A stretch of DNA of 64,000 nucleotides from Capsulimonadaceae bacterium (GCA_965215505.1 OZ244065.1:960001-1024000); one strand, 5' to 3'; numbered from the stretch's first letter, positions 28,345-38,075 are shown. Notes: generated by a model not told the origin, from the sequence alone. Numbers and translations are program-made.

Positions 28345-30651
28345 ATGAGAAAGACAACCCTGCACGGCCTGCTCCTCGCCCTCTCCCTGGTCCTGCTGCC
28401 CGCGCTCGCTCAAGCCGGGCTGCCGGTCCACTTCACGGCGTCCGTCAGTCCCTCCCCGGCCCGCGCCGGGGAGGTGGTGACGGTGACGGTAAAAGCGACC
28501 GTGGACGCGGGCTGGCACGTCTACTCGGTCGTCCCCGCCGCCACCGGCCCGGCGGCGACCGAGATTGCGTCACTGCCGGGCGGGACTCCGGTCGGGCAGA
28601 CGACCGAGGACGCGCCGATCCAGAAGTTCGACGCGAACTTCCAGACGCAAGTCGCCTACCATGAAAACGCGGCGACGTTCCAGCGGCGGTTCCGTCTCGC
28701 CGGTGCAGCCGGGAAATCAGTCACGCTCCATTACCAGACCTGCAACGACCACGTCTGCCTGCCGCCGACGGACGTGACGCTGCCGATCTCACTGACGCTG
28801 GCGGCGGGCGCGGCGCGGCCCGAATATGCCGCACCGGGGGCGACAGCAGAGGGCGCGATGAATCGCGCCCCTACGCCCTTGCCCGTAGGGGCGGGGTCCC
28901 CCCGCCCTCCTTCTCCTGCCGTCTCCTCTCCCGGCCCTTCTCCGGCCGGCGGCCTTCCCCTCTTCCTGCTCGCCGCCCTCGGCGCGGGCCTGCTCGCCCT
29001 CATCACGCCCTGCGTCTTCCCGCTCATCCCCATCACCTTGACCAACTTCGTCAAGCAGGCCGACGGGGACAAGGGGAAGCTGGTCCGGCTCTCGGGAGGC
29101 TACGCGCTCGGCATCGTCGCGCTCTACGTCGCCCTGGGCGGCATCGTCACGGCGACGGTCGGGGCGACCGGCATCAACAAGGTCGCCGCCAACCCCTACG
29201 TCAACCTGGGCATCTTCGTCGTCTTTGTCGTCTTCGCCCTGTCGTTTTTCGAGACGATCCAGCTCACCCTCCCGGCAAATCTCACCGCCATGCAGGCGGC
29301 GGGGAAGCGGCACGGCGGGACGCTGGGGTTGGTGCTGCTCGGCGTCACCTTCGTCCTGGCCTCGTTCACCTGCACCGCGCCGTTCGTCGGCACCCTGCTC
29401 GTGGCCGCCGCCGGCGGGGAGCGGTTCCGGCCACTGCTCGGCACATTGGTTTTCGCCTCGGCCTTCGTCTCGCCGTTCCTGGTCTTCGCCGCCTTCCCGC
29501 AGTGGATCGCCCGCATTCCCAAGGGCGGCCTCTGGCTGGCCCGCGTCAAGGCGGCTTTGGGGTTCGTCGAGCTGGCCGCCGCCTTGAAGTTCCTCTCCAA
29601 TGCTGACCAGGTCTGGAACTGGCGGCTGCTGACCCAGCCCGTCCTGCTGGCGGCCTGGGCCGTCATCTTCGTCTGCGCCGGGCTGTACCTGTGGGGGACT
29701 TTGCGCTTCGGCGTGGTCGGCGAGTTGGAGAAGCCGGGCGCGCGCGTCCCCGCCCCGCGCGCCGCCTTCGCCGCCCTGTTCCTCTTCCTGGCGCTCTACT
29801 GCTTCTGGGGGCTTGCGGGCCGGCGAGTGGCCCTGCTGAGTGCATTCCTGCCCCCGGCGGGCTATGGCGGGGCGGGGAGCAGTTCGGAAGACGGCCTGCC
29901 CTTCCTGACGGATTACAACGCCGCACTGGCCCAGGCCAAGGCGGAGGGCAAGCCGCTGTTCGTGGACTTTACCGGCGTCACCTGCACGAACTGCCGATGG
30001 AACGAGAAGAACGTCTTCCCGCGCGGCGATGTCCAGAGTGAGCTGTCCCAGTACGTCCGCGTCCAGCTCTACACGGACCGCCCTGGCGACGTACCAAACC
30101 AGAAGCTCCAGCTCGCGAAGTTCGGCGATGTCGCCCTGCCGCTCTACGGCGTGGTCAACCCGCAGACCGGCGCGGTCGTGGACAAGTACGCCGGGACGAT
30201 CACGGACGCGGGCGGCTTCACGCGCTTCCTGTCCCGCTCCCGGCTGGCCTCCGCCGCCCCGGCCCCGGCGCTGTGGGCCGCCTACAGCCCGGCAGCCGTC
30301 GCCTCCGCATCGGGGGCGGGCAAGCCGATCATCATTGACTTCACCGCCGCCTGGTGCGTCAACTGCAAGGAGATCGAACATGACGTCTTTGACAACCCCG
30401 CCGTGTCCCCCACCCTGGCCCAAGGCTTCGTGACCCTTCGGGCCGACCTGACCAACTTCGGCAGCCCGGCCAGCGTCGCCGTGGAAAAGCAGTACGGCTT
30501 CGGCAGCCTGCCGACCATCGTCATCCTCGCCCCGTCCGGCAGGGAGATCAAGACCCTGCGGATCACGGGTCGCCTGGGCGTCGAAGAGTTCCAGCGCCGC
30601 CTGCGTCTGGCCCAGGGGCAGACGGCCCCGGCGGCGGTGGCCGCACGTTAG
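28345..30651 (+). CDS. dsbD: DsbD-type disulfide reductase with two C-terminal thioredoxin domains
   Basis: GWHVYS, QTCNDHVCLPP, TPCVFPLIP, FTCTAPF, DFTGVTCTNC, DFTAAWCVNC. Confidence 0.9.
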   Translation: MRKTTLHGLLLALSLVLLPALAQAGLPVHFTASVSPSPARAGEVVTVTVKATVDAGWHVYSVVPAATGPAATEIASLPGGTPVGQTTEDAPIQKFDANFQTQVAYHENAATFQRRFRLAGAAGKSVTLHYQTCNDHVCLPPTDVTLPISLTLAAGAARPEYAAPGATAEGAMNRAPTPLPVGAGSPRPPSPAVSSPGPSPAGGLPLFLLAALGAGLLALITPCVFPLIPITLTNFVKQADGDKGKLVRLSGGYALGIVALYVALGGIVTATVGATGINKVAANPYVNLGIFVVFVVFALSFFETIQLTLPANLTAMQAAGKRHGGTLGLVLLGVTFVLASFTCTAPFVGTLLVAAAGGERFRPLLGTLVFASAFVSPFLVFAAFPQWIARIPKGGLWLARVKAALGFVELAAALKFLSNADQVWNWRLLTQPVLLAAWAVIFVCAGLYLWGTLRFGVVGELEKPGARVPAPRAAFAALFLFLALYCFWGLAGRRVALLSAFLPPAGYGGAGSSSEDGLPFLTDYNAALAQAKAEGKPLFVDFTGVTCTNCRWNEKNVFPRGDVQSELSQYVRVQLYTDRPGDVPNQKLQLAKFGDVALPLYGVVNPQTGAVVDKYAGTITDAGGFTRFLSRSRLASAAPAPALWAAYSPAAVASASGAGKPIIIDFTAAWCVNCKEIEHDVFDNPAVSPTLAQGFVTLRADLTNFGSPASVAVEKQYGFGSLPTIVILAPSGREIKTLRITGRLGVEEFQRRLRLAQGQTAPAAVAAR
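28849..28916. repeat. GTAG-type REP doublet embedded in-frame in dsbD
   Basis: GAGGGCGCGATGAATCGCGCCCCTAC...GTAGGGGCGGGGTCCCCCCGCCCTCCTTCTCC matches the intergenic copy 10469-10499. Confidence 0.8.
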
Positions 30652-30663
30652 GAGGTAAGCGAC

Positions 30664-30876
30664 ATGAACATCTTCCAGGTCTACGAGACTTACGTTGCCG
30701 ACCGGACAGCCGAAGAGCAGCTTCAACTAGCAACGCTCATCCTGCGCCAAAATGCGCCTCTGCCCACCGTGGACGAGAGCGATGAATGGACAGATCAGGA
30801 CATGCGGGACTGGAGCAATCACAGCCTGGCCCGTTTCGAGGCGATGGAGGCTGAGGAGCAGGGTGCCACGGGTTGA
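30664..30876 (+). CDS. Small acidic antitoxin-like protein
   Basis: AGGAGG RBS; DESDEWTDQDMRD; stop codon supplied by the adjacent repeat. Confidence 0.65.
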   Translation: MNIFQVYETYVADRTAEEQLQLATLILRQNAPLPTVDESDEWTDQDMRDWSNHSLARFEAMEAEEQGATG

Positions 30877-31003
30877 AACCCGAGGCACTGAAACTCCCAG
30901 CGTCCAGGGGACGCAGGAGACACGAGGCCCAGTGGCTCGAACGCTTCTTGTGTCGCCGCGACACTGGGCTTTCGGAGCCTCGGGTTTCAACCCGTGGCAC
31001 CCT
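30860..31003. repeat. REPIN/MITE-like element, 27-bp perfect terminal inverted repeats
   Basis: AGGGTGCCACGGGTTGAAACCCGAGGC ... GCCTCGGGTTTCAACCCGTGGCACCCT; second copy at 54961. Confidence 0.92.
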
Positions 31004-31010
31004 GACCAAC

Positions 31011-31052
31011 AGAAAGCGGGCGCGGGAGGTTTCTCCCGCGCCCGCTTCTTTT
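31011..31052. terminator. Bidirectional intrinsic terminator
   Basis: AAGCGGGCGCGGGAG-GTTT-CTCCCGCGCCCGCTT stem with T-tract, between convergent genes. Confidence 0.85.
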
Positions 31053-31076
31053 ACTTGCTCTTTTGCCTGGCCCAGC

Positions 31077-31328
31077 CTACTTCAGCAGATGCGCCGGAAG
31101 CTGCTTCTGGCCGGCGACGATGGCCTGGAAGTTCTTGGAGGTCAGCATCCGCGCCGCCACCTTGATCTTGACCTTCCCCTTCGGCGTCTGGATGGTGACG
31201 CTCTGGAGGTTCACCTGGAACCGGCGGGCCTTCTGCGGGGCGCGGTGCGCCCACGAGCCGGAGTGCGGGTGGCGGGTCCAACGCCCCGCCTGGGCATGAC
31301 GCCCGCTGATGTCACAAACTTTTGCCAT
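31077..31328 (-). CDS. rpmB: 50S ribosomal protein L28
   Basis: MAKVCDISG...RRFQVNLQ...KIKV; strong upstream promoter. Confidence 0.85.
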   Translation of the reverse strand: MAKVCDISGRHAQAGRWTRHPHSGSWAHRAPQKARRFQVNLQSVTIQTPKGKVKIKVAARMLTSKNFQAIVAGQKQLPAHLLK

Positions 31329-31374
31329 GATGCTGTCACGCTCCCTGCTGTTTCTCGTTAAAAGATGACCGGAT

Positions 31375-31404
31375 AGTATAGCACGCGCGCCCGGCGGCTG
31401 TCAA
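31375..31404 (-). promoter_or_regulatory. Sigma70 promoter of rpmB
   Basis: TTGACA-N18-TATACT with extended TG. Confidence 0.8.
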
Positions 31405-31474
31405 CCCTCGCCGCGCCGGAAATCGCACCGGGGGCGGGTATACTGGAACCAACGACCAACCCCAGGAGCCTCCG

Positions 31475-32755
31475 ATAAACGTCTCTTCCCCGCGCCGCGC
31501 CGCGCGTTTCCTCCAGGCGCTCGCCCCGCTCGCCGCCCTGCTGTGCCTTGCCGGGGCCGCCCTTGCCGCACCTCAGCCGGTCGCAGTAGACCCGCACTTT
31601 TACGACTACGACGCCCACGCGCCGTTTGCCGTGACGCAGGAGCCGTTCTCGACGCCGTATGCGACGGGGACCGGCTTCCACGCCCTGCGCGTCACCTTCC
31701 CCAGCCCGGTCAGGACGCCCTACACCGTCAACAACACGGTCACCGGGTTCCTGTTCCTGCCGGACACGCCCGGCCCGCACCCGGTCATGCTGGTGGAACA
31801 CGAGTGGCTGCCGACAACACTCGCGACCGAGTTCGAGCAGTCGGCGAGCCTGGCGAAAGCCGGCATCGCCGCCTTCCTCATCATCCAGCCCTACAGCTAC
31901 AACCGACGCCCCCAGCCGCGCATCGAGGACGTCGAGCTGCTGTCCGGCGACGTGCCCCAGATGGTCGGCGCGCTCCGGCAGGCCGTCCTGGACTCGCGCC
32001 GGGCCTTCGACTGGCTGGAAAAGCGCCCCGACATCGACCCCGCCCGCATGGGCGTCTCGGGCATCAGCCTCGGCGGCGTCCTGGCCCCGCTGGTTGCGGG
32101 CGTGGACCGGAGGGCGCGTCTACTCGTGACCATCGTCGGGGGCGTGGACGTTTCCGACGTCGTCTTCGACAGTTTCATCACGTCCGGCCTGCACCCGGCC
32201 CTGCTCTATCACGGCGTCACCTTCGACTCGCTGAAGCGAGACATGGCCCCGGTCGAGCCGGCCAACTGGCTGCGCGGCTTCGACCCGAAAAACGCCCTAC
32301 TGTTCAACGGCCGCTACGACGTCTTCATCTCGCCCAAGCAGGCCCACCACTTGTCGGAAGCTCTCGGCGGCGCGCGCATCGTCTGGACCCCGACGGGCCA
32401 TTACGGCGCGGTCTTCGCCCAGAAGCAGATCGAGGACGTCGGCATCAAGTTCCTGCGGTCGCGCTTCGGCATGGACCCCGCGCCCTACGTCCCGCCGTCC
32501 TCGCTGTCCGCGCCCACCATCAAGATCGGCCTGCTGGTCGGCGGGCAGGAGGGCGTCAGCCCCGCCCTCGCCTATCAGGCCATCACGTTCGGCCCGAAAG
32601 ACCGGCTTTCCCTGGACGGCCAGCTCACCCTGCACGGGCTGGCCGTCGCGCCCTCGTTCCGGCTGGACGAGAGCAATTCCGTCGGGGTCGAGTTCCCCCT
32701 GCTGCACGGCAAGCCCCGCACGCGCCTGTTCTACATGTTCCACTTCGTCCTGTGA
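31475..32755 (+). CDS. Secreted alpha/beta hydrolase, probable ATA start
   Basis: GISLGG nucleophile elbow, NGRYD, TGHY; 52 in-frame codons upstream of GTG 31631 encode a signal peptide starting at ATA behind AGGAG. Confidence 0.8.
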   Translation: MNVSSPRRAARFLQALAPLAALLCLAGAALAAPQPVAVDPHFYDYDAHAPFAVTQEPFSTPYATGTGFHALRVTFPSPVRTPYTVNNTVTGFLFLPDTPGPHPVMLVEHEWLPTTLATEFEQSASLAKAGIAAFLIIQPYSYNRRPQPRIEDVELLSGDVPQMVGALRQAVLDSRRAFDWLEKRPDIDPARMGVSGISLGGVLAPLVAGVDRRARLLVTIVGGVDVSDVVFDSFITSGLHPALLYHGVTFDSLKRDMAPVEPANWLRGFDPKNALLFNGRYDVFISPKQAHHLSEALGGARIVWTPTGHYGAVFAQKQIEDVGIKFLRSRFGMDPAPYVPPSSLSAPTIKIGLLVGGQEGVSPALAYQAITFGPKDRLSLDGQLTLHGLAVAPSFRLDESNSVGVEFPLLHGKPRTRLFYMFHFVL

Positions 32756-32839
32756 CGGATTTCACAGTGCGAGCCGTGCCGAGGGGCCATACTATGCCGT
32801 AGAGAACGATCAACAAACTTCGTGACCGGGAGGTCCCCC

Positions 32840-34336
32840 ATGTTCCGCACGCTGACCCACACGCTTTTGTGGAGTGCATTGCTCACTCTTTTCGTCGCCC
32901 AGGCGCGGCCGTCCGCCGCCCAATTGCCGGCGTCCTCCTTCGGTCCGGTCGTGTTCCAGGCGCGCGTCCTGGACCGGCAGGGCCGGCCCGTCGCCGGCCT
33001 CCCCCTCCGCTTCACCACCGACCTGAACGGCGTCGCCCGACGCGACAGCGGCTCGGGGGAGGGCGTCATCGCCGGTGCGACACGGACCGTCTCGACCGAC
33101 GCGGCGGGCCTCGCGACCTGGCGGATGTCGGGTCTGCCCTGGACGCATGAGGCGGACTGGTTTAGGGGCCGCGTCTCGCTGACCGTTGCGCTCCCGCAGG
33201 ATGGCCGGCGCGAACTCACCGCGCTGGGCGATGACGCCGCGACGGAGGCTTTGACCTTACCCCAAGCAGATGCCCTGGCTTCGCCGCTCACCATCCAGGT
33301 CTATGAGGAAGCCGACCGGCACATCCGCGGCTTCCCCGTGTGGTCCGCCCTCAACGGGCGGATGGACAAGGTCGTCGTCTTGCTGGAAGGGTTCGACCTG
33401 TACAACCGCATCAGCGCCACCGACCTGATGGGGCTGATCTCGCCCGCCTCGGACGCGCTCCGGGCACGGGGCGTCAGCGTCCTCGTCGTCCACTTCCCCG
33501 ACTCGCACCTGACGCCGGACAGACTGGCCCCCTATGCCGCACAGGCGATCCGGGCGGCGGCGCGGGCCTCCGGCCATCCGGTCGCCGTGGTGGGCCTGAG
33601 CGCGGGCGGCATCATCGCCCGCTATGCCCTGGTCGAAGCCGAAGAGAGCGGGACGCCGCTCCCCGTTAATACGTTCCTCAGCATGGACTGTCCCAACCGG
33701 GGCGCGCGGGTGAACCCGCAGCTCCAGGCCATCGTGCTGCGCTACGGGACGCCCTCCGACAAGGCCGCGCTCGCCAGCGAAGCCGCGCGCGTCCTGCTCA
33801 CCGAACAGCCCGCAGACGTCCGCTGGAAGTGGATCGGCCTGCCGCTTGCGGGCCGCGCCATGCCCGTAAGCGTCCGGGCGGACAGCAGCCTCCACGATGC
33901 CTTCTACGACCGCCTGCACCATCTGAACGACCACAACGGCTACCCGAAGCACTGCCGCCTGGTCGGAGTCGCGAGCGGCAGCCGCCGGGGCGGCTCCCCC
34001 GCCGGACGCCTGCTCACACTCTGGCTGCCCTACACCTACGGCTGGACGCTCCCCGCCGCCGCCGAGGACCGCGCGCCCGGCTCCGTCCTGCCGCCCTACT
34101 ATGTGGGCCGCTTCACGACCGTTTACCCGCTGGGCGTGGCCGGCGCGACTCTCCGCACCGCGCCGACGTTCATCCCGACCGCCTCCGCGCTGGACGCCGG
34201 GCCGGACGAGACGCCGCCGTTCGACGCCTGGTACGCCCTCCCCGACGGCACCCCGCCCATCCCCCACGACTCGGTCGCCCCGGACGAGGCCCGTTTCGTC
34301 GTCGGCATACTCCTGGCGAGCGATTGGGGTAAGTAG
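32840..34336 (+). CDS. Secreted protein with C-terminal alpha/beta hydrolase (lipase-like) domain
   Basis: Signal peptide; LLEGFD, VGLSAGG, SMDCPNRGA, FIPTASALD. Confidence 0.7.
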   Translation: MFRTLTHTLLWSALLTLFVAQARPSAAQLPASSFGPVVFQARVLDRQGRPVAGLPLRFTTDLNGVARRDSGSGEGVIAGATRTVSTDAAGLATWRMSGLPWTHEADWFRGRVSLTVALPQDGRRELTALGDDAATEALTLPQADALASPLTIQVYEEADRHIRGFPVWSALNGRMDKVVVLLEGFDLYNRISATDLMGLISPASDALRARGVSVLVVHFPDSHLTPDRLAPYAAQAIRAAARASGHPVAVVGLSAGGIIARYALVEAEESGTPLPVNTFLSMDCPNRGARVNPQLQAIVLRYGTPSDKAALASEAARVLLTEQPADVRWKWIGLPLAGRAMPVSVRADSSLHDAFYDRLHHLNDHNGYPKHCRLVGVASGSRRGGSPAGRLLTLWLPYTYGWTLPAAAEDRAPGSVLPPYYVGRFTTVYPLGVAGATLRTAPTFIPTASALDAGPDETPPFDAWYALPDGTPPIPHDSVAPDEARFVVGILLASDWGK

Positions 34337-34378
34337 TCTCGGCACGCAGATTAGGCGGAGCCAAGAAGGGCCAAACTC

Positions 34379-35182
34379 TTGAAAGACATCCTTGAACACA
34401 ACCGGGTCGCCTGGGACAAGCTGGGCGAACAGGGGAACCAGTGGACCATCGCCTACGATCCCACGAAGATCGCCGCCGCACGGCGGGGAGAATGGGAACT
34501 CTACTTGACCGAGCAGAGGCCGGTCCCGAAACACTGGTTCCCGCGGCTCGAAGGGGCCGATGTCCTCTGCCTCGCCTCCGGCGGCGGGCAGCAGGCGCCG
34601 CTCCTGGCGGCCGTGGGGGCGAACGTCACCGTGTTCGACAACTCCCCGAACCAGTTGAGTCAGGACCGGCTGGTCGCGGACCGCGAGGGACTGCCGCTGA
34701 CGACGGTCCAGGGGGACATGGCCGACCTGAGCGTGTTCGTCGGGGAAGCCATCTTCGACCTCATCGTCCATCCGGTCTCGAATCTCTTCGTGCCGGACGT
34801 CCGCCCGGTCTGGCGGGAGGCGTACCGCGTGCTGCGTCCGGGCGGCGTGCTGCTGGCAGGCTTCCTCAACCCAGCCTCCTATATTTTCGACCACAACCAG
34901 GCCAACCGGGGCGTCTTCGAGGTCAAATACAAGCTGCCCTATTCCGATATGGGCAGCATGTCGGAGGCGGAACGGGCGGCGGCGTTCGGCGCAGAGTCGC
35001 CGCTGGAGTTCAGTCACAGCCTGGAAGATCAGATCGGTGGCCAGACGGACGCGGGGTTCGTGGTGACGGGGCTGTACGAGGACAAGCGGCGCGGCGACCC
35101 GCTGGCGGAGTTCTTCCCGTCCTACCTCGCGACTCGGGCCTTCAAGCCCCCGAATGTAGGAACGTCCACGGGCCGGGCATGA
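34379..35182 (+). CDS. Class I SAM-dependent methyltransferase
   Basis: [30 protein letters not shown]. Confidence 0.9.
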   Translation: MKDILEHNRVAWDKLGEQGNQWTIAYDPTKIAAARRGEWELYLTEQRPVPKHWFPRLEGADVLCLASGGGQQAPLLAAVGANVTVFDNSPNQLSQDRLVADREGLPLTTVQGDMADLSVFVGEAIFDLIVHPVSNLFVPDVRPVWREAYRVLRPGGVLLAGFLNPASYIFDHNQANRGVFEVKYKLPYSDMGSMSEAERAAAFGAESPLEFSHSLEDQIGGQTDAGFVVTGLYEDKRRGDPLAEFFPSYLATRAFKPPNVGTSTGRA

Positions 35183-35219
35183 CTTCGGCGTCATGACTTC
35201 GGCGTCATGACTTCGGCGT
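35178..35219 (+). repeat. Perfect tandem repeat, 14 bp x3 (CATGACTTCGGCGT)
   Basis: Direct reading; overlaps the methyltransferase stop. Confidence 0.95.
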
Positions 35220-35238
35220 AGAGTTTTCGCTGCGGCCG

Positions 35239-35562
35239 TCATGCCGCCAGCCGCTTTGCCTTCTTCTTGGGGATGACCGCATCGGTGGCCTGGGCGGGGG
35301 TCTGCCTGGCCTGAGCGAGTAGCTGGTCGAAATCAGAGGGCGCGGCGACGCCCTTACCGGCAACGGACGCACGCGCGGCGGCCAGATGCAGTGGGCGTAG
35401 GGTTGCGGAAGCGTCTTCTCGGGGCAGAGTGATCACGGCATCAAACTCTGTGTTGCGGAACATCGTAAACTCCGGCATCTTGTGCCTCTCACATCCGAGG
35501 AGGGCAAGCGCCTGGGCCAACTGGTCGAAGGTAACGGTTTGTGATGGTCGGCTTTTAGTCAT
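35239..35562 (-). CDS. Small protein with HicA-like pattern, lower GC
   Basis: VTFDQLAQALALLG...AVITLP...HLAAAR...DFDQLL; start uncertain. Confidence 0.55.
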   Translation of the reverse strand: MTKSRPSQTVTFDQLAQALALLGCERHKMPEFTMFRNTEFDAVITLPREDASATLRPLHLAAARASVAGKGVAAPSDFDQLLAQARQTPAQATDAVIPKKKAKRLAA

Positions 35563-35822
35563 GGTGGTCAATGACTTTCTCAAGCTCTCTTTGAATCTCA
35601 TTCTTGTATTGCCGGAACAATTCCATAGCGGCCCCTGACTTTCGGGTCTGCTCTCGGGTGTTCTTCGCCTGGGAACGTGCCGCTGTCTGTCCAGCCAGAC
35701 TGCCGCTTCCATCATAGCACGTTTCACGACCGCTAGGCGCGGGCAGGGCTGAGACACCTGCGACCTTGACACGCGCCCAGTTTGCTGATAGACTCTCTTT
35801 AATCACAATTTGGAGGGAACCC

Positions 35823-36101
35823 ATGGAACCACCCCAGCTTCAGCAGGACAGTGCCGCCTGGCGCTTCTTCGTGCAGGCTTCGTTCGCCATCTCGCTCATC
35901 CTGATGAGTGTCGGGATTTTCGAGCTGCCGGTCAACATCTGGATGCGCGGCTTCCTGGGCATGGGCCTCTTCTTCACGGTCAGCTCGACCATCACCATGG
36001 CGAAGACGATGCGCGACGGTCACGAGTCGCACAAGCTCATCCGGCGGCTGACGGACGCCAAGACCGAGAAAATCCTCCACGAGTACGAACTCAAGCCTTG
36101 A
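35823..36101 (+). CDS. YiaA/YiaB two-helix membrane protein
   Basis: GGAGG RBS; ASFAIS...W-RGFLGMG-FF-V-S--T-AKT-RD. Confidence 0.85.
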   Translation: MEPPQLQQDSAAWRFFVQASFAISLILMSVGIFELPVNIWMRGFLGMGLFFTVSSTITMAKTMRDGHESHKLIRRLTDAKTEKILHEYELKP

Positions 36102-36112
36102 AACCAAGAACC

Positions 36113-37915
36113 ATGCCCAACAACCTGAACGCATTACACGACACCGTCAACACGCGCTTCGCCGAGGCCGCGCGCAAGTACCCCGACCGGCCCGCGCTTT
36201 CCAGCAAGCCGCACGGCAGCAAGACCTGGGAAACCTTGACCTACCAGGACCTCGCCGCCCGCGTCCGGCGGGTCGCCCTGGGCCTGCGCGCGCTGGGCAT
36301 CGAGCGGGGGGACCGGGTGGCGATCCTCTCCGAGAACCGGCCCGAGTGGGCCATCCTGGACCTGGCGGCTCTCGCCGCAGGGGCGGTTTCTGTCCCGGTC
36401 TATCCCACCCTGCCCGCCTCGCAGATCGCCCACATCCTGTCCGACAGCGGCGCGAAGGCGGTCGTCGCCGAGAACGCTAAGCAGGCATCGAAGGTGGCTG
36501 AGGCGCGCGCGTCCGCCCCCGAGTTGGCCCTGGTCATCGCGCTGGACGAGGCGGCGGCGAAAGACGGCATCCTCTCGCTCGATGCCGTCGTCGAAGCGGG
36601 CGAGGCGGCGCAATTCGAGGAAAGCTATGAGGCCCGGCGCGACTCGGTCCAGTCGGACGACCTGATGAGTCTGGTCTACACCTCAGGGACGACCGGCAAT
36701 CCCAAAGGGGCGATGCTGACGCATGGCAACATGACGGCCGCCCTGGATGCCGCCAACCACCAGTTCCCGCAGTTCCAGCCGCCCAACGACGTGTTCCTCT
36801 CGTTCCTGCCCCTCTCGCACGTCTTCGAGCGCGTCACCTACAACCTCGCCATCACGCAGGGGGCGCACACGCGCTTCAACGACAGCATCTTCAAGCTCAT
36901 GGACAACCTGGCCGAGCTGGAGCCGACCGTCATGCAGTGCGTCCCGCGCGTCCACGAGAGCATCCACGACCGCGTCTCGGACGGCATCAAGAAGATGCCC
37001 GACCGCCGCCGGACCCTGACCTACTGGGCGCTCGGCGTCGGCGACTCGGTCTCGCGCCGCCGGAACGCGGGCAAGCCCATCAGCCCGCTCCAGTTCCTGC
37101 GCTACCTCATCGCCGACAAGCTGGTGCTGTCCAAGGTCCGGGCGCGGTTCGGCGGGCACCTCAAGTTCTTCGTCAGCGGCGGCGCACCACTCACCCCGAA
37201 GACCGCCCACTTCTTCCTCGCCATCGGCATCCCCATCCTGGAGGGCTGGGGCCTGACCGAGACGACGGCGGCGGCGACCGCCAACCAGTCTGGCCGCGTC
37301 AAGGTCGGCACGGTCGGCGTGCCGATGCTGAACGTCCAGGTCAAGACTGCCGAGGACGGCGAGATCCTGGTCAAAGGCCCGACCGTCATGCGCGGCTACT
37401 GGAACCACCCCGAGGCGACCGCCGAGGTCATTGACGGCGAGGGCTGGTTCCACACCGGCGACATCGGCGAGATAGACGCCAAAGGGTACGTCAAGATCAC
37501 CGACCGCAAGAAGGACATCCTCGTCCTGGCGAACGGCAAGAAGGTCGCCCCCCAGCCCATCGAGAACATGCTCAAGCGCAGCGCCCTCCTGACCGAAGTG
37601 GTCCTGCTCGGCGACGGCTCCGGCACGGTCGGCGCGCTCGTCGTCCCGAACTTCGACGCGCTGAAAGCCTGGGCCAAGGAGCAGGGCAAGGACCTCAAAA
37701 CGAATGAGGCCTTGACCGCCGATTCGGGCGCGCGTAAGTTCGTCAAGTCCGAGATAGACAAGCTCTCCAAGGAGTTGGCTGACTTCGAGAAGATCAAGCG
37801 CGTCGCCCTCATCGCCCACGTCTTCTCCCAGGAAGGCGGCGAATTGACACCCACCTTGAAGGTCAAGCGCCGCGTCGTCGCCGAGAAATACGGGTCACTG
37901 CTGGAAAAGGAATAG
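36113..37915 (+). CDS. Long-chain fatty-acid-CoA ligase
   Basis: YTSGTTGNPKGAMLTH, LPLSHVFER, SGGAPL, EGWGLTET, FHTGDIG, TDRKKD. Confidence 0.95.
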   Translation: MPNNLNALHDTVNTRFAEAARKYPDRPALSSKPHGSKTWETLTYQDLAARVRRVALGLRALGIERGDRVAILSENRPEWAILDLAALAAGAVSVPVYPTLPASQIAHILSDSGAKAVVAENAKQASKVAEARASAPELALVIALDEAAAKDGILSLDAVVEAGEAAQFEESYEARRDSVQSDDLMSLVYTSGTTGNPKGAMLTHGNMTAALDAANHQFPQFQPPNDVFLSFLPLSHVFERVTYNLAITQGAHTRFNDSIFKLMDNLAELEPTVMQCVPRVHESIHDRVSDGIKKMPDRRRTLTYWALGVGDSVSRRRNAGKPISPLQFLRYLIADKLVLSKVRARFGGHLKFFVSGGAPLTPKTAHFFLAIGIPILEGWGLTETTAAATANQSGRVKVGTVGVPMLNVQVKTAEDGEILVKGPTVMRGYWNHPEATAEVIDGEGWFHTGDIGEIDAKGYVKITDRKKDILVLANGKKVAPQPIENMLKRSALLTEVVLLGDGSGTVGALVVPNFDALKAWAKEQGKDLKTNEALTADSGARKFVKSEIDKLSKELADFEKIKRVALIAHVFSQEGGELTPTLKVKRRVVAEKYGSLLEKE

Positions 37916-37926
37916 ACCGCCTACGG

Positions 37927-38026
37927 CCCCCAATTCTGAAGGAGCGCCCTGTAGGGGCGCTGCTTGCCGCGCCCTCTTCCCCGGTCTGGCTCCTCTCCGG
38001 TCCCCCCAGAATTGGGAGCCAGGGGG
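37927..38026. repeat. Composite REP (GTAG-type unit flanked by CCCCCAATTCTG/CAGAATTGGG)
   Basis: 37951-37980 closely matches 16059-16088. Confidence 0.7.
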
Positions 38027-38075
38027 CGACCTGCGCCCTCCGCGACTTAACCAGAAATAGGGAGCGCCCGGCCCG

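Noticed and set aside
30873-31361. ORFs read through repeats (30873, 53538 extension to 55001, 54799, 6087 extension)
   Set aside because: The N-terminal parts are translations of palindromic elements (PRVSTRG, PTPAPAS); the true starts are downstream.
35178-35219. CRISPR-like repeats
   Set aside because: No spacers, unit only 14 bp, no cas genes.
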